NCBI GenBank assembly: GCA_963667785.2 | Contig: CAXXMU010000008.1 | Span: 23,705 to 87,704 of the forward strand | Direction: 5' to 3' | Origin: Alphaproteobacteria bacterium | GTDB lineage: Bacteria > Pseudomonadota > Alphaproteobacteria > UBA828 | DNA: 64,000 nt | Part shown: in pieces, positions 26,166 to 37,119 of the stretch | Position numbering within the stretch: position 1 is the stretch's first letter | How the letters are laid out: every line of letters starts with the position of its first letter | Translations under genes and position numbers: made by a program | Notes under the pieces: model-generated | The model's database searches: none | Told to the model about the DNA's origin: nothing | What the model saw: only the letters and a program-made list of their open reading frames with translations

Positions 26166-27377
26166 ATGTGGCGATTCCGGCTCATCCCCGACAAGACGGC
26201 GATCCCGTTCCTCAAGCTTCGCCGCACCTTCTTCATCGTCTCCGTCGTGCTCGCCGTGGCCTCCGTGGCGGTGCTGGGCGGCCGCGGCCTCAACTTCGGC
26301 ATCGATTTCGCCGGCGGCATCCTGATCGAGGTCGGCACGGAGCGGGAGGCCGACATCGGGCAGATGCGGAGCGCGCTGACCGGCCTCGGCCTCGGTGAGA
26401 TCGCGCTGCAGGAATTCGGCTCGCCCACCGAGGTGCTGATCCGCATCGAGCGCCAGCCCGGCGACGCCACGGCGCAGCAGGCGGCGGTCGCCACCGTGCG
26501 CGACGCACTCAGCGCGAACTATGGCGACACGCTGAACTACCGCCGGGTCGAGACGGTGGGGCCCAAGGTCGGCGCCGAGCTGATCCAGGCCGGCATCATC
26601 GCGGTCGTGGTCTCCGTCTTCCTGATGCTGGTCTATATCTGGTTCCGGTTCGAGCTGCCCTTCGCCATCGGCGCGGTGATCGCGCTCATCCACGACGTGG
26701 TGCTCTCGCTCGGAATCTTCGCGGCGCTCGGACTCGAATTCAATCTCCCCATCGTCGCCGCGATTCTGCTCATCGTCGGCTACTCGATGAACGATACCGT
26801 GGTCGTCTACGACCGCGTGCGCGAGAACCTGCGCAAGTACAAGACCATGTCGCTTCTCGCGCTGCTCAACCAGAGCGTCAACGAGACGCTGTCGCGCACC
26901 GTCATCACCTCGGCGACGACTCTGCTGGCGCTGCTGGCGCTGCTCATCTTCGGCGGCGCGGTCATCCGCGACTTCAGCTTCGCGATGATCTGGGGCGTGA
27001 TCGTCGGCACCTATTCGTCGGTCTTCATCGCCGGTGCCCTGCTGCTCTACGTGCAGCCCCAGCGGGGCGGCCAGAAGAAGGCCGTCGGCCAGGCAGAGCG
27101 GCTGGCTGCGCTCGAGGACGAGGCGGCGGCCGACGCGGCGCCGCGCGGGGCGGCGCCCGCGCTGCCGGAGCCGGACGCCTCCATCGCCGAGACGGTCGCG
27201 GCGGCAGAAGCGGCCGAAGCCGCTGGAGCGACCCAAGAGGCCGAAGCGACTGGAGCGACGCAGGCCGCCCCGGATGACGGGGACGACGAGCCGCCGCCGA
27301 CCACCGGCTCCCGGCGGCAGCGCCGCGCGAGCTCGTCACGGGAGCGCCGCCGCAGGCGCCGGCGCGGCAAGCGCTGA
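26166..27377 (+). CDS. secF: Protein translocase subunit SecF with an extended Ala/Glu-rich, poly-Arg-terminated C-terminal tail
   Basis: Track ORF of 403 aa. The SecF core runs to about residue 298 (GIDFAGG..., VVYDRVREN). It is followed by an extension of about 105 aa that ends SRRQRRASSSRERRRRRRRGKR. Confidence 0.95.
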   Translation: MWRFRLIPDKTAIPFLKLRRTFFIVSVVLAVASVAVLGGRGLNFGIDFAGGILIEVGTEREADIGQMRSALTGLGLGEIALQEFGSPTEVLIRIERQPGDATAQQAAVATVRDALSANYGDTLNYRRVETVGPKVGAELIQAGIIAVVVSVFLMLVYIWFRFELPFAIGAVIALIHDVVLSLGIFAALGLEFNLPIVAAILLIVGYSMNDTVVVYDRVRENLRKYKTMSLLALLNQSVNETLSRTVITSATTLLALLALLIFGGAVIRDFSFAMIWGVIVGTYSSVFIAGALLLYVQPQRGGQKKAVGQAERLAALEDEAAADAAPRGAAPALPEPDASIAETVAAAEAAEAAGATQEAEATGATQAAPDDGDDEPPPTTGSRRQRRASSSRERRRRRRRGKR

Positions 27378-27387
27378 GCCCGCGCCC

Positions 27388-27771
27388 GTGGACATCACGC
27401 CGCTCGTCCCCGAGGGCCGGCACGTCATCGAGAGCTACGGCGACGAGGGCTTCAGGATCAACGGCGAGCGCTACGCCGGCCCGGTCATCGTCTGGCCCGA
27501 AGGCGTGGTGCCGTGGGCGGTATCGGACATCGCAACCGCCGCGATCGAGACGCTGGATGCGATGTTCGCCGCCGAGCCCCCCATCGAGATCCTGCTGATC
27601 GGCAGCGGCGCGACCTTCGAGATGGCGCCGCCCGCGTTGCGGAAGGCGCTTGGCGCCCGCAGCATCGCGCTTGAGAGCATGGACACCGGCGCGGCCTGCC
27701 GCACCTACAACGTGCTGATGGCCGAGGACCGGCGCGTCGCCGCGGCGCTGATCCCGACGAGTACGGGCTGA
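27388..27771 (+). CDS. Mth938-like (DUF498, NDUFAF3-like) domain protein
   Basis: This is the C-terminal 127 codons of track ORF 27034..27771. It starts at the GTG at 27388, 11 nt after the secF stop. The sequence ...IESYGDEGFRINGERYAGPVIVWP...EILLIGSGA...TGAACRTYNVL is typical of the family. Confidence 0.75.
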   Translation: MDITPLVPEGRHVIESYGDEGFRINGERYAGPVIVWPEGVVPWAVSDIATAAIETLDAMFAAEPPIEILLIGSGATFEMAPPALRKALGARSIALESMDTGAACRTYNVLMAEDRRVAAALIPTSTG

Positions 27772-27813
27772 GCGTTCCGTTTCGGCCGACCAGTCAGGAG
27801 CGCGCCGCGACGC

Positions 27814-28836
27814 TCACGCGCCTGCCGATGACGCCACGTAGCCGTCCAATCGGCCGTGCAGGGCACGCTTCTCGTCGGCCGGCAGCCAGCTAGCCTCGAA
27901 GGCGTTGGCGACCAGGCGAACGACCTGGTCCCGGCTCAGGTCGGCCGCTTCCTGGGTCGCAACGAGGTTCTCGTTCATGTAGCCCCCGAAATACGCCGGA
28001 TCGTCGGAGTTGACGGTCGCCCGCATGCCCATCTCCAGCATGCGCCGAATCTCCAGGGCCTTGAGGCTGCCGGTGACGCAGTCGTTGGAGATCGGGCAGA
28101 CCGTGAGCGCCAGACCCCTCCGCACGATCTCGTTGCAGAGCTCCTCGTCCTCGAGCGCGTTGACGCCATGGTCGATTCGGTCGACCCCGATGTCGTCGAG
28201 AGTCTGCCGGATATGGCGGGTCGAGTTCTCCTGGTCCACGTCGCAGTGCATGGTCAGCCGGAAGCCCTCGGCGCGCGCCCGGGCGAACACCGCCTTGAAC
28301 TTGATCGGCGGATTGTCCTTCTCGTCGGAGTCGAGCCCCACGCCCACGATCCACTCCCTGTACGGCAGGGACTGTTCCAGCGCCTCCGCCGCCGAGTCGG
28401 CGCTCATGTCTCGCAGGAAACACATGATGAGCTGGCTGCGGATGCCGAGCCGGCTCCGCGCATCCTCCTGCGCCCGGCGAATTCCGCAAATGACCGTGTC
28501 GTAGGCGATGCCGCGCGTGGTGTGCGCCTGGGGGTCGAAGAACATCTCGGCGTAGAGCACGTTCTGGGAATGCGCCTTGGTCAGGTAGGCGGTCGCGAGA
28601 TCGTGGAAGTCCCGCTCGGTCACCAGGACGCTCATGCCTTCGTAGTAGGCCTCGAGGAACGACGGCAGATCGTCGAAGTCGTAGGCGGCCCGCATCTCCT
28701 CGACCGATCGGTACGGCAGCTCGATGCCGTTGCGCCGGGCGAGGTCGAACTTCAGCGCCGGCTCGAGCGTCCCCTCCACGTGCACGTGCAGCTCGGCCTT
28801 CGGCATTCCCTCGATGAAGCGTCTCATGTCCGTCAT
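27814..28836 (-). CDS. add: Adenosine/adenine deaminase family protein
   Basis: Track ORF of 340 aa with metal-binding motifs: PKAELHVHVEG, TMHCDVD, and DHG...SDDPAYFG. Confidence 0.9.
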   Translation of the reverse strand: MTDMRRFIEGMPKAELHVHVEGTLEPALKFDLARRNGIELPYRSVEEMRAAYDFDDLPSFLEAYYEGMSVLVTERDFHDLATAYLTKAHSQNVLYAEMFFDPQAHTTRGIAYDTVICGIRRAQEDARSRLGIRSQLIMCFLRDMSADSAAEALEQSLPYREWIVGVGLDSDEKDNPPIKFKAVFARARAEGFRLTMHCDVDQENSTRHIRQTLDDIGVDRIDHGVNALEDEELCNEIVRRGLALTVCPISNDCVTGSLKALEIRRMLEMGMRATVNSDDPAYFGGYMNENLVATQEAADLSRDQVVRLVANAFEASWLPADEKRALHGRLDGYVASSAGA

Positions 28837-29032
28837 GACTTCAGGCCCGTGGTTCGGAGTCCGGTATTGAGACGTCCGGCATGCGGGAAATCAACAGGCC
28901 GCCGCGTTGCGCGGGGTCCGAGCGGCGCGCCGAGCGACAATCCGGGCCGCGACTCGCCGGCGGCGATTGCAACCGCCCGTCGGGTCACTATGCTAGTCAC
29001 TTGCGATTCGTGATTGCAGGGGGGCACACGAC

Positions 29033-29125
29033 ATGACCAACCCGCTGACATCGCTCACCCAGACCGTGATCATGGGGGTCATCCTCACCGTGATCATCGT
29101 CGCCATTCTCTACGGCATAAGCTGA
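29033..29125 (+). CDS. Candidate 30-aa single-span membrane peptide (not in the ORF track)
   Basis: Hand translation gives MTNPLTSLTQTVIMGVILTVIIVAILYGIS followed by TGA. A G-rich stretch lies 8 nt upstream. The ORF ends 16 nt before the PuuD-like gene, whose own RBS lies in the gap. Confidence 0.4.
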   Translation: MTNPLTSLTQTVIMGVILTVIIVAILYGIS

Positions 29126-29141
29126 CCGAGGGGGCGAGGCG

Positions 29142-29672
29142 ATGGATATTCCCTTAGTCGACTACGCTTGGTGGCAGTTCTTCTTCCGCTGGACCCATGT
29201 CCTCGCGGGCGTGATGTGGATCGGGCTGCTCTGGTACTTCAACTTCGTCCAGATTCCGAACATGCCGAAGATCCCGGACGAGCAGAAGCCCGCGATCGGC
29301 AAGGTGATCGCGCCGGCGGCGCTCTTCTGGTTCCGCTGGGCGGCGCTCTTCACGGTGGCGACCGGCATCGTGCTCGCGCTGATGAACGAGTACTTCTCCG
29401 ATGCCATCACCTTCGGCATCCTCGGCGCCGCGACCGACGGGTACGTGCTGAGGCACTCCGCCATCGGCATCGGGATGTGGCTCGGCATCATCATGATGGC
29501 GAACGTCTGGCTCATCATCTGGCCGAACCAGAAACGCGCGCTGGGAATCGTCGAGGTCGAAGCGGACCGCAAGGCGCGGTCTGCGCGCTATGCCATGCTG
29601 GCGTCGCGCACCAACACGATGCTCTCCATCCCCATGCTTTACGCCATGGTCTCGGCGCAGAACGTCTACTGA
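29142..29672 (+). CDS. PuuD-like (urate hydroxylase family) integral membrane protein
   Basis: Track ORF of 176 aa. The N-terminal motif WTHVLAGVMWIGLLWYFNFVQ resembles the membrane domain of PuuD-type proteins. It sits next to a purine deaminase gene. The assignment is from memory only. Confidence 0.55.
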   Translation: MDIPLVDYAWWQFFFRWTHVLAGVMWIGLLWYFNFVQIPNMPKIPDEQKPAIGKVIAPAALFWFRWAALFTVATGIVLALMNEYFSDAITFGILGAATDGYVLRHSAIGIGMWLGIIMMANVWLIIWPNQKRALGIVEVEADRKARSARYAMLASRTNTMLSIPMLYAMVSAQNVY

Positions 29673-29739
29673 GGCCGCGAGTCGCGCTGCTCCATCCGCC
29701 GCCGGGTCTCTCCGGCGGCGGATGGGGCGCATCCTCCGA

Positions 29740-31011
29740 TCAGGGAGCCGCGAGCGCGCGGAGCGCGTGCCTTGCTGCGGTGACGCCGGAGCGGACGGCG
29801 CCCTCGATCGTTGCGGGCAGTCCCGTCGCGGTCCAGTCGCCGGCGAGGAAGAGATTGCGCAGCGGGGTCTCGGCAGGAGGCCGCAGCGGCAGCGCCGAGG
29901 GGATCTGGGCGAAGGTCGCGCGCTTCTCCTTCACGATGCGGCAAGGCGGCGGGGCCGGCGGCCGGTAGTCGAGCGCGCTGGCGACGTCCGACCAGATATC
30001 CCGGGCGATCTCGTCTGCCGGGCGGTCCGCGAGGTCGCCGGCGGCGCTGACCGTGACCGAGGCGATGTCGCCGCGGGCGAAGATCCACTGCGCCGTTCCG
30101 CCGATCACGCCGAGGATCATGCTGCCTCCCGGCATCGGCACCGGCCGGTCGAGGCGGAAGTGGGCGTTGACGATGGGCCGGGTCTCCAGCGGCGCCGGGA
30201 TTTCGGGCAGGAGCTGGGCGCAGATCTGGGGCGTCACCGCGAGCACCGCAATATCGCCGGCCTCGAACGCGGCGCCATCGCCGGCGCCGGCGATATCGAG
30301 ACCCGTCACCCGGCGTTCGTCGTGAGCGATGGAGCGGAGCCGGCGGTTGAGGTTCACGCGCCCGCGCCCGCGCTCGATGTAGCGCAGCGCCGGCGCCACC
30401 AGGTCGGGGCCGAGTCCGTTCCGGGTGAGATAGGCGCGGCAGGCCGCCTCGCCCCGGCCGAAGGTGAGGCGCAGCACCGGCCAGAGCAGGCTGGCGGCGG
30501 CCTCGTCGGGCGCGGCATTGAGGACCGCCACGGTGAACGGCTCCCACAACCGTTCCAGCAGCGGGCCGCTGCCGCGGAGCCGGCCGGCGGCGGTGTCACC
30601 GGGCCGGGCGCGCGCCAGCGCGAGGCCGGCCAGGTAGTGCCGCACGCGGCTGCCGGGCACGCGGCGCCCCGGCGCCACGATCCACCAGGGCACGGGCCCG
30701 GCATTGGGGCGCACCGTCCAGCGCTCGCCCGAGCGCAGGTCGACGAAGGGAAAGCACGCACGTGCCTGCCCCACGAGACCGTCGCGCGCGCCGATCGTCT
30801 CCAGGTAGGTGAAGACTGCGGGATTGGCGCCCAGGATCAGGTGGTTGCCATTGTCGATTGTCCGGTCCAGGGTGGCGTCGTGGAACGAGCGGCAGCGCCC
30901 GCCGGCCTGGGCCGCCGCTTCCCAGAGGACAACGCGCTGCCCCGCCTTCACCAGCTCGACGGCGCAGGAAAGCCCGGCGATGCCGGCGCCGATCACGTGA
31001 ACGGTCGCCAT
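29740..31011 (-). CDS. FAD-dependent amine-oxidase-fold oxidoreductase, HpnE (hydroxysqualene dehydroxylase)-like
   Basis: Internal ATG at 31011 (MATVHVIGAGIAGLSCA dinucleotide-binding motif). It has GGRCRSF...DNGNHL and a C-terminal FLAGDWT...TIEGAVRSG. Confidence 0.75.
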   Translation of the reverse strand: MATVHVIGAGIAGLSCAVELVKAGQRVVLWEAAAQAGGRCRSFHDATLDRTIDNGNHLILGANPAVFTYLETIGARDGLVGQARACFPFVDLRSGERWTVRPNAGPVPWWIVAPGRRVPGSRVRHYLAGLALARARPGDTAAGRLRGSGPLLERLWEPFTVAVLNAAPDEAAASLLWPVLRLTFGRGEAACRAYLTRNGLGPDLVAPALRYIERGRGRVNLNRRLRSIAHDERRVTGLDIAGAGDGAAFEAGDIAVLAVTPQICAQLLPEIPAPLETRPIVNAHFRLDRPVPMPGGSMILGVIGGTAQWIFARGDIASVTVSAAGDLADRPADEIARDIWSDVASALDYRPPAPPPCRIVKEKRATFAQIPSALPLRPPAETPLRNLFLAGDWTATGLPATIEGAVRSGVTAARHALRALAAP

Positions 31012-31108
31012 GCTCCCTCGCATCCCTCCCGGCGGCCCCCTGGGTGCGTCCATGTATAGGGGAGGGGCGGCCGCTGGCAAACGCGCGGTAGCGCCGGAAG
31101 GCGTCTGA

Positions 31109-31954
31109 ATGGCTCCGCCTCTCTCGCCCGTCGGTGTGCTCGCGCGCGCGGCCGACTACGACCGCTATCTCTCCGCCCTGTTCGTGCCTGCCGGTCGGCG
31201 CGAGGCGCTGTTCGCGCTGATCGCCTTCAACCACGAGATCGCGCGCATTCCCGAGGCGGTGAGCGAGCCGATGCTGGGGCGCATCCGGCTGCAGTGGTGG
31301 CGCGAGACCTTGGAGGCGATCCACGCCGGCGAGGCGCCCCGCCGCCACGAGGTGGCGCTGCCGTTGGCAGACGCGATCCGCGCGCACGGCCTCGACCGCG
31401 ACGCCTTCGACCGCCTGCTGGATGCGCGGGAAGCGGACCTGGAGCCAGATGTCCCTCCTGATCTGGCGGCGCTGGAGCGCTACGCTGCCGCCAGCGGCGG
31501 CGCGCTGACGACGCTCATGCTGCAGGCGTGCGGCGTAACCGCCGCGCCGGCGCTTGAGGCCGGCTGCCAGGTGGGCACCGCCTGGGCGCTGGTCGGCACG
31601 CTCCGTGCCGCCCCCCGCGCCGCGGCCCGGGGTCGCTGCATGCTGCCGGCGGCGCTGCTGGCCGATGCGGGAATCGACGTGGAGGACGTGCTGGCGGGCC
31701 GGGCGTTCGGGCGCCTCGCCGGAGTCGCCGAGCCGGTGGGGCGTCGCGCCGAAGGCCTGCTCGGCGCGGCACGACAGGCGCGGCGCGCGGTGCCCAGGCG
31801 GGGCCGCGGGCCGCTCCTGATCGCGCGGCTTGCCGATCTCTACCTCGCCCGGCTGCGGTCCGCCGCCTGGGAGCCGCGCGATCCGCGCCTCGGCGCAAGC
31901 CTGCTCCGCAAGCAGACCGCGATGCTGGCGGGCGCACTGACGGGTCGCTACTAG
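31109..31954 (+). CDS. Squalene/phytoene-synthase-fold protein lacking Asp-rich motifs (NDUFAF6-like)
   Basis: Track ORF of 281 aa. The stretch LIAFNHEIARIPEAVSEPMLGRIRLQWWRETL matches the NDUFAF6-type pattern. No DxxxD motifs occur where catalytic SQS/PSY enzymes have them. Confidence 0.7.
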   Translation: MAPPLSPVGVLARAADYDRYLSALFVPAGRREALFALIAFNHEIARIPEAVSEPMLGRIRLQWWRETLEAIHAGEAPRRHEVALPLADAIRAHGLDRDAFDRLLDAREADLEPDVPPDLAALERYAAASGGALTTLMLQACGVTAAPALEAGCQVGTAWALVGTLRAAPRAAARGRCMLPAALLADAGIDVEDVLAGRAFGRLAGVAEPVGRRAEGLLGAARQARRAVPRRGRGPLLIARLADLYLARLRSAAWEPRDPRLGASLLRKQTAMLAGALTGRY

Positions 31955-31991
31955 CCGGCGGTTGGGAGCGGCTCACGCCTCCGCCCGGCGC

Positions 31992-33347
31992 TCACGCAGC
32001 CGCGGCGCGATCGCCTTCCAGCCAGCGGCCGAGATCAGCGCGGGCGCGCGCGACCATCGCGGCCTTGCGCGCCCGCTTGGGTAGCCGGCCGGCGACGGGC
32101 GGGAACAGGCCGAAGTTCACGTTCATCGGCTGGAAGGTGCTGCCCGCGCCGAGATGCCCGCCGGTGATGTGGCTCAGCAGGGCGCCGAATGCCGTGGTCG
32201 CGGGCGGCGGGCAGGCATCGGCGTCCGCGCGCTCCGACGCGGCGAAGCGGCCCGCGAGCAGGCCGATGGCCGCGCTCTCGACATAGCCCTCGACGCCGGT
32301 GATCTGGCCGGCGAAGCGGAGGTGCGGCGCCCGGCGCAGCCTGAGCTCGTCGTCCAGCAACGCCGGACTGTTGATGAAGGTGTTGCGGTGAATGCCGCCG
32401 AGCCGCGCGAAGCGCGCCCCCTCGAGCCCCGGTATGAGGCGGAACACCCGCCTCTGGTCGCCGTGGGTGAGCTTGGTCTGGAAGCCCACCATGTTGAAGA
32501 GGGTGCCGAGCGCGTTGTCCTGGCGGAGCTGGACCACGGCATAGGCGCGGGCGCCGGTGGCGGGGTCGGTCAGGCCCACGGGCTTCATCGGGCCGAAGCG
32601 CAGCGTCTCGCGCCCGCGCCCGGCCATCACCTCGATGGGCAGGCAGCCTTCGAAGTAGGGGGTGTCGCGCTCCCAGTCCCTGAAGGGGATCGTGTCGGCG
32701 GCAAGCAGCGCATCGATGAAGGTGTCGTAGCGCGCGTGGTCGAGCGGGCAGTTGATGTAGGCGGCGCGGTCGCCGCCCGGCCCCTCCTTGTCGTAGCGGG
32801 ACTGGAACCAGGCGCGGCCGAAATCGATGCTGTCGCGATGGACGATCGGCGCGAGCGCGTCGAAGAAGGCGAGGTGATCCTCGCCGGTGGTCGCGAGGAT
32901 GGCCTGGCTGAGCGCCGGCGCGGTGAGGGGGCCGGTGGCGACGATGGCGGGGCCGGCAGCCGCATCGGGCAGGCCGGACACTTCCTCCCGGCGCACGCGG
33001 ATGGCGGGCTCCTCCTCGATCGCCTGCTGGACGGCGTCTGCGAAGCCCGTGCGGTCCACCGCCAGCGCCTGGCCCGCGGGCACCTTGTTGCGGTCGGCCG
33101 CCGCCATGACGAGCGAGTTCGCGCGCCGCATCTCCTCGTGCAGGAGCCCGACGGCGTTGGTCTCGGCGTCGTCGGAGCGGAACGAGTTGGAGCACACCAG
33201 CTCGGCCAGCCGGTCGCTGACATGCGCCTCGGTGGCGCGCGCGGGCCGCATCTCCCAGAGCTCGACCGGCGCGCCCTGGCGCGCGATCTGCCATGCCGCC
33301 TCGCAGCCGGCCAGTCCGCCGCCGATGATCCGGATCGGCCCCGCCAC
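31992..33347 (-). CDS. trmFO: Methylenetetrahydrofolate--tRNA-(uracil-5)-methyltransferase TrmFO
   Basis: Track ORF of 451 aa with a GTG start at 33347. It has [22 protein letters not shown] and the [14 protein letters not shown] motif. Confidence 0.95.
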   Translation of the reverse strand: MAGPIRIIGGGLAGCEAAWQIARQGAPVELWEMRPARATEAHVSDRLAELVCSNSFRSDDAETNAVGLLHEEMRRANSLVMAAADRNKVPAGQALAVDRTGFADAVQQAIEEEPAIRVRREEVSGLPDAAAGPAIVATGPLTAPALSQAILATTGEDHLAFFDALAPIVHRDSIDFGRAWFQSRYDKEGPGGDRAAYINCPLDHARYDTFIDALLAADTIPFRDWERDTPYFEGCLPIEVMAGRGRETLRFGPMKPVGLTDPATGARAYAVVQLRQDNALGTLFNMVGFQTKLTHGDQRRVFRLIPGLEGARFARLGGIHRNTFINSPALLDDELRLRRAPHLRFAGQITGVEGYVESAAIGLLAGRFAASERADADACPPPATTAFGALLSHITGGHLGAGSTFQPMNVNFGLFPPVAGRLPKRARKAAMVARARADLGRWLEGDRAAAA

Positions 33348-33377
33348 CCGTGCGCTCTCCGTCGCCCGCCGCCGGTC

Positions 33378-36269
<2,892 letters not shown>

Positions 36270-36427
36270 GGGCGCGGTCGGAACGGCTCGGGGATAGGAA
36301 CCGGACTATAGGCACTTCCCCCGGCGAAGGCGAGCACCGCTGGCGCGCGGCGCGCCGGTTTGAGGCGGGCCGGGGGATCGGCTACAAACCGTTGGCAACG
36401 GCTGCATGCGAGGCGGGAGTTCGGGCG

Positions 36428-36886
36428 ATGGCGGGAAGCGTCAACAAGGTCATTTTGGTCGGCAATCTGGGGCGCGATCCGGAGACCCGGCAGACCCAGG
36501 ACGGCAGGCCGATCGTCAACTTCACGGTCGCCACCAACGAGACCTGGAAGGACCGCCAGACCGGCGAACGCCGCGAGCGTGTCGAGTGGCACCGCGTCGT
36601 GATCTTCAACGAGCACCTCGCCGACATCGCGCAGCGCTATCTGCACAAGGGCTCCAAGGTCTATCTCGAAGGCCAGTTGCAGACCCGCAAGTGGACCGAC
36701 CAGTCGGGGCAGGAGCGCTACACCACCGAGGTGGTGATCCAGCGCTTCCGGGGCGAGCTCACCATGCTCGACAGCCGCGCCGACGGCGGCGGCGGTGGCG
36801 GGCGCGACTACGGCGCTGCGTCGGCGGACCGCGGCGCACCTGCGGCCGGGTCTTCCAGCGACCTCGACGACGACATCCCGTTCTAG
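36428..36886 (+). CDS. ssb: Single-stranded DNA-binding protein
   Basis: Internal ATG at 36428. It starts [19 protein letters not shown], has a Gly-rich linker and ends with the acidic tip DLDDDIPF. Confidence 0.95.
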   Translation: MAGSVNKVILVGNLGRDPETRQTQDGRPIVNFTVATNETWKDRQTGERRERVEWHRVVIFNEHLADIAQRYLHKGSKVYLEGQLQTRKWTDQSGQERYTTEVVIQRFRGELTMLDSRADGGGGGGRDYGAASADRGAPAAGSSSDLDDDIPF

Positions 36887-37119
36887 ATAGAGTCGTCGCG
36901 CCGGCAGGGCGACGGCGCCGCCACGTCACCGGAATCCCATGATGAGGCGGCGCGTCACATTTACATTTGCGTAATTCGTATTATCTGGACTCGATCAAGA
37001 TAGACATCGCACGCGGTCGAATTCGAACGGCCGCAGACCACCGGACAATGGACGGGCGATCGCCACGGCGCGGAAGCGCACGCCGCCGACCCGGCGGACG
37101 GCGGGCCAAGGGGCAGAGG

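Noticed and set aside
36281-36301. A possible LexA/SOS box in the uvrA-ssb divergent region (GAAC...GAAC).
   Set aside because: The two GAAC tetramers are separated by 13 nt. The alphaproteobacterial SOS box I know is GAAC-N7-GAAC (GTTC-N7-GTTC). No N7-spaced pair is visible in this intergenic region.
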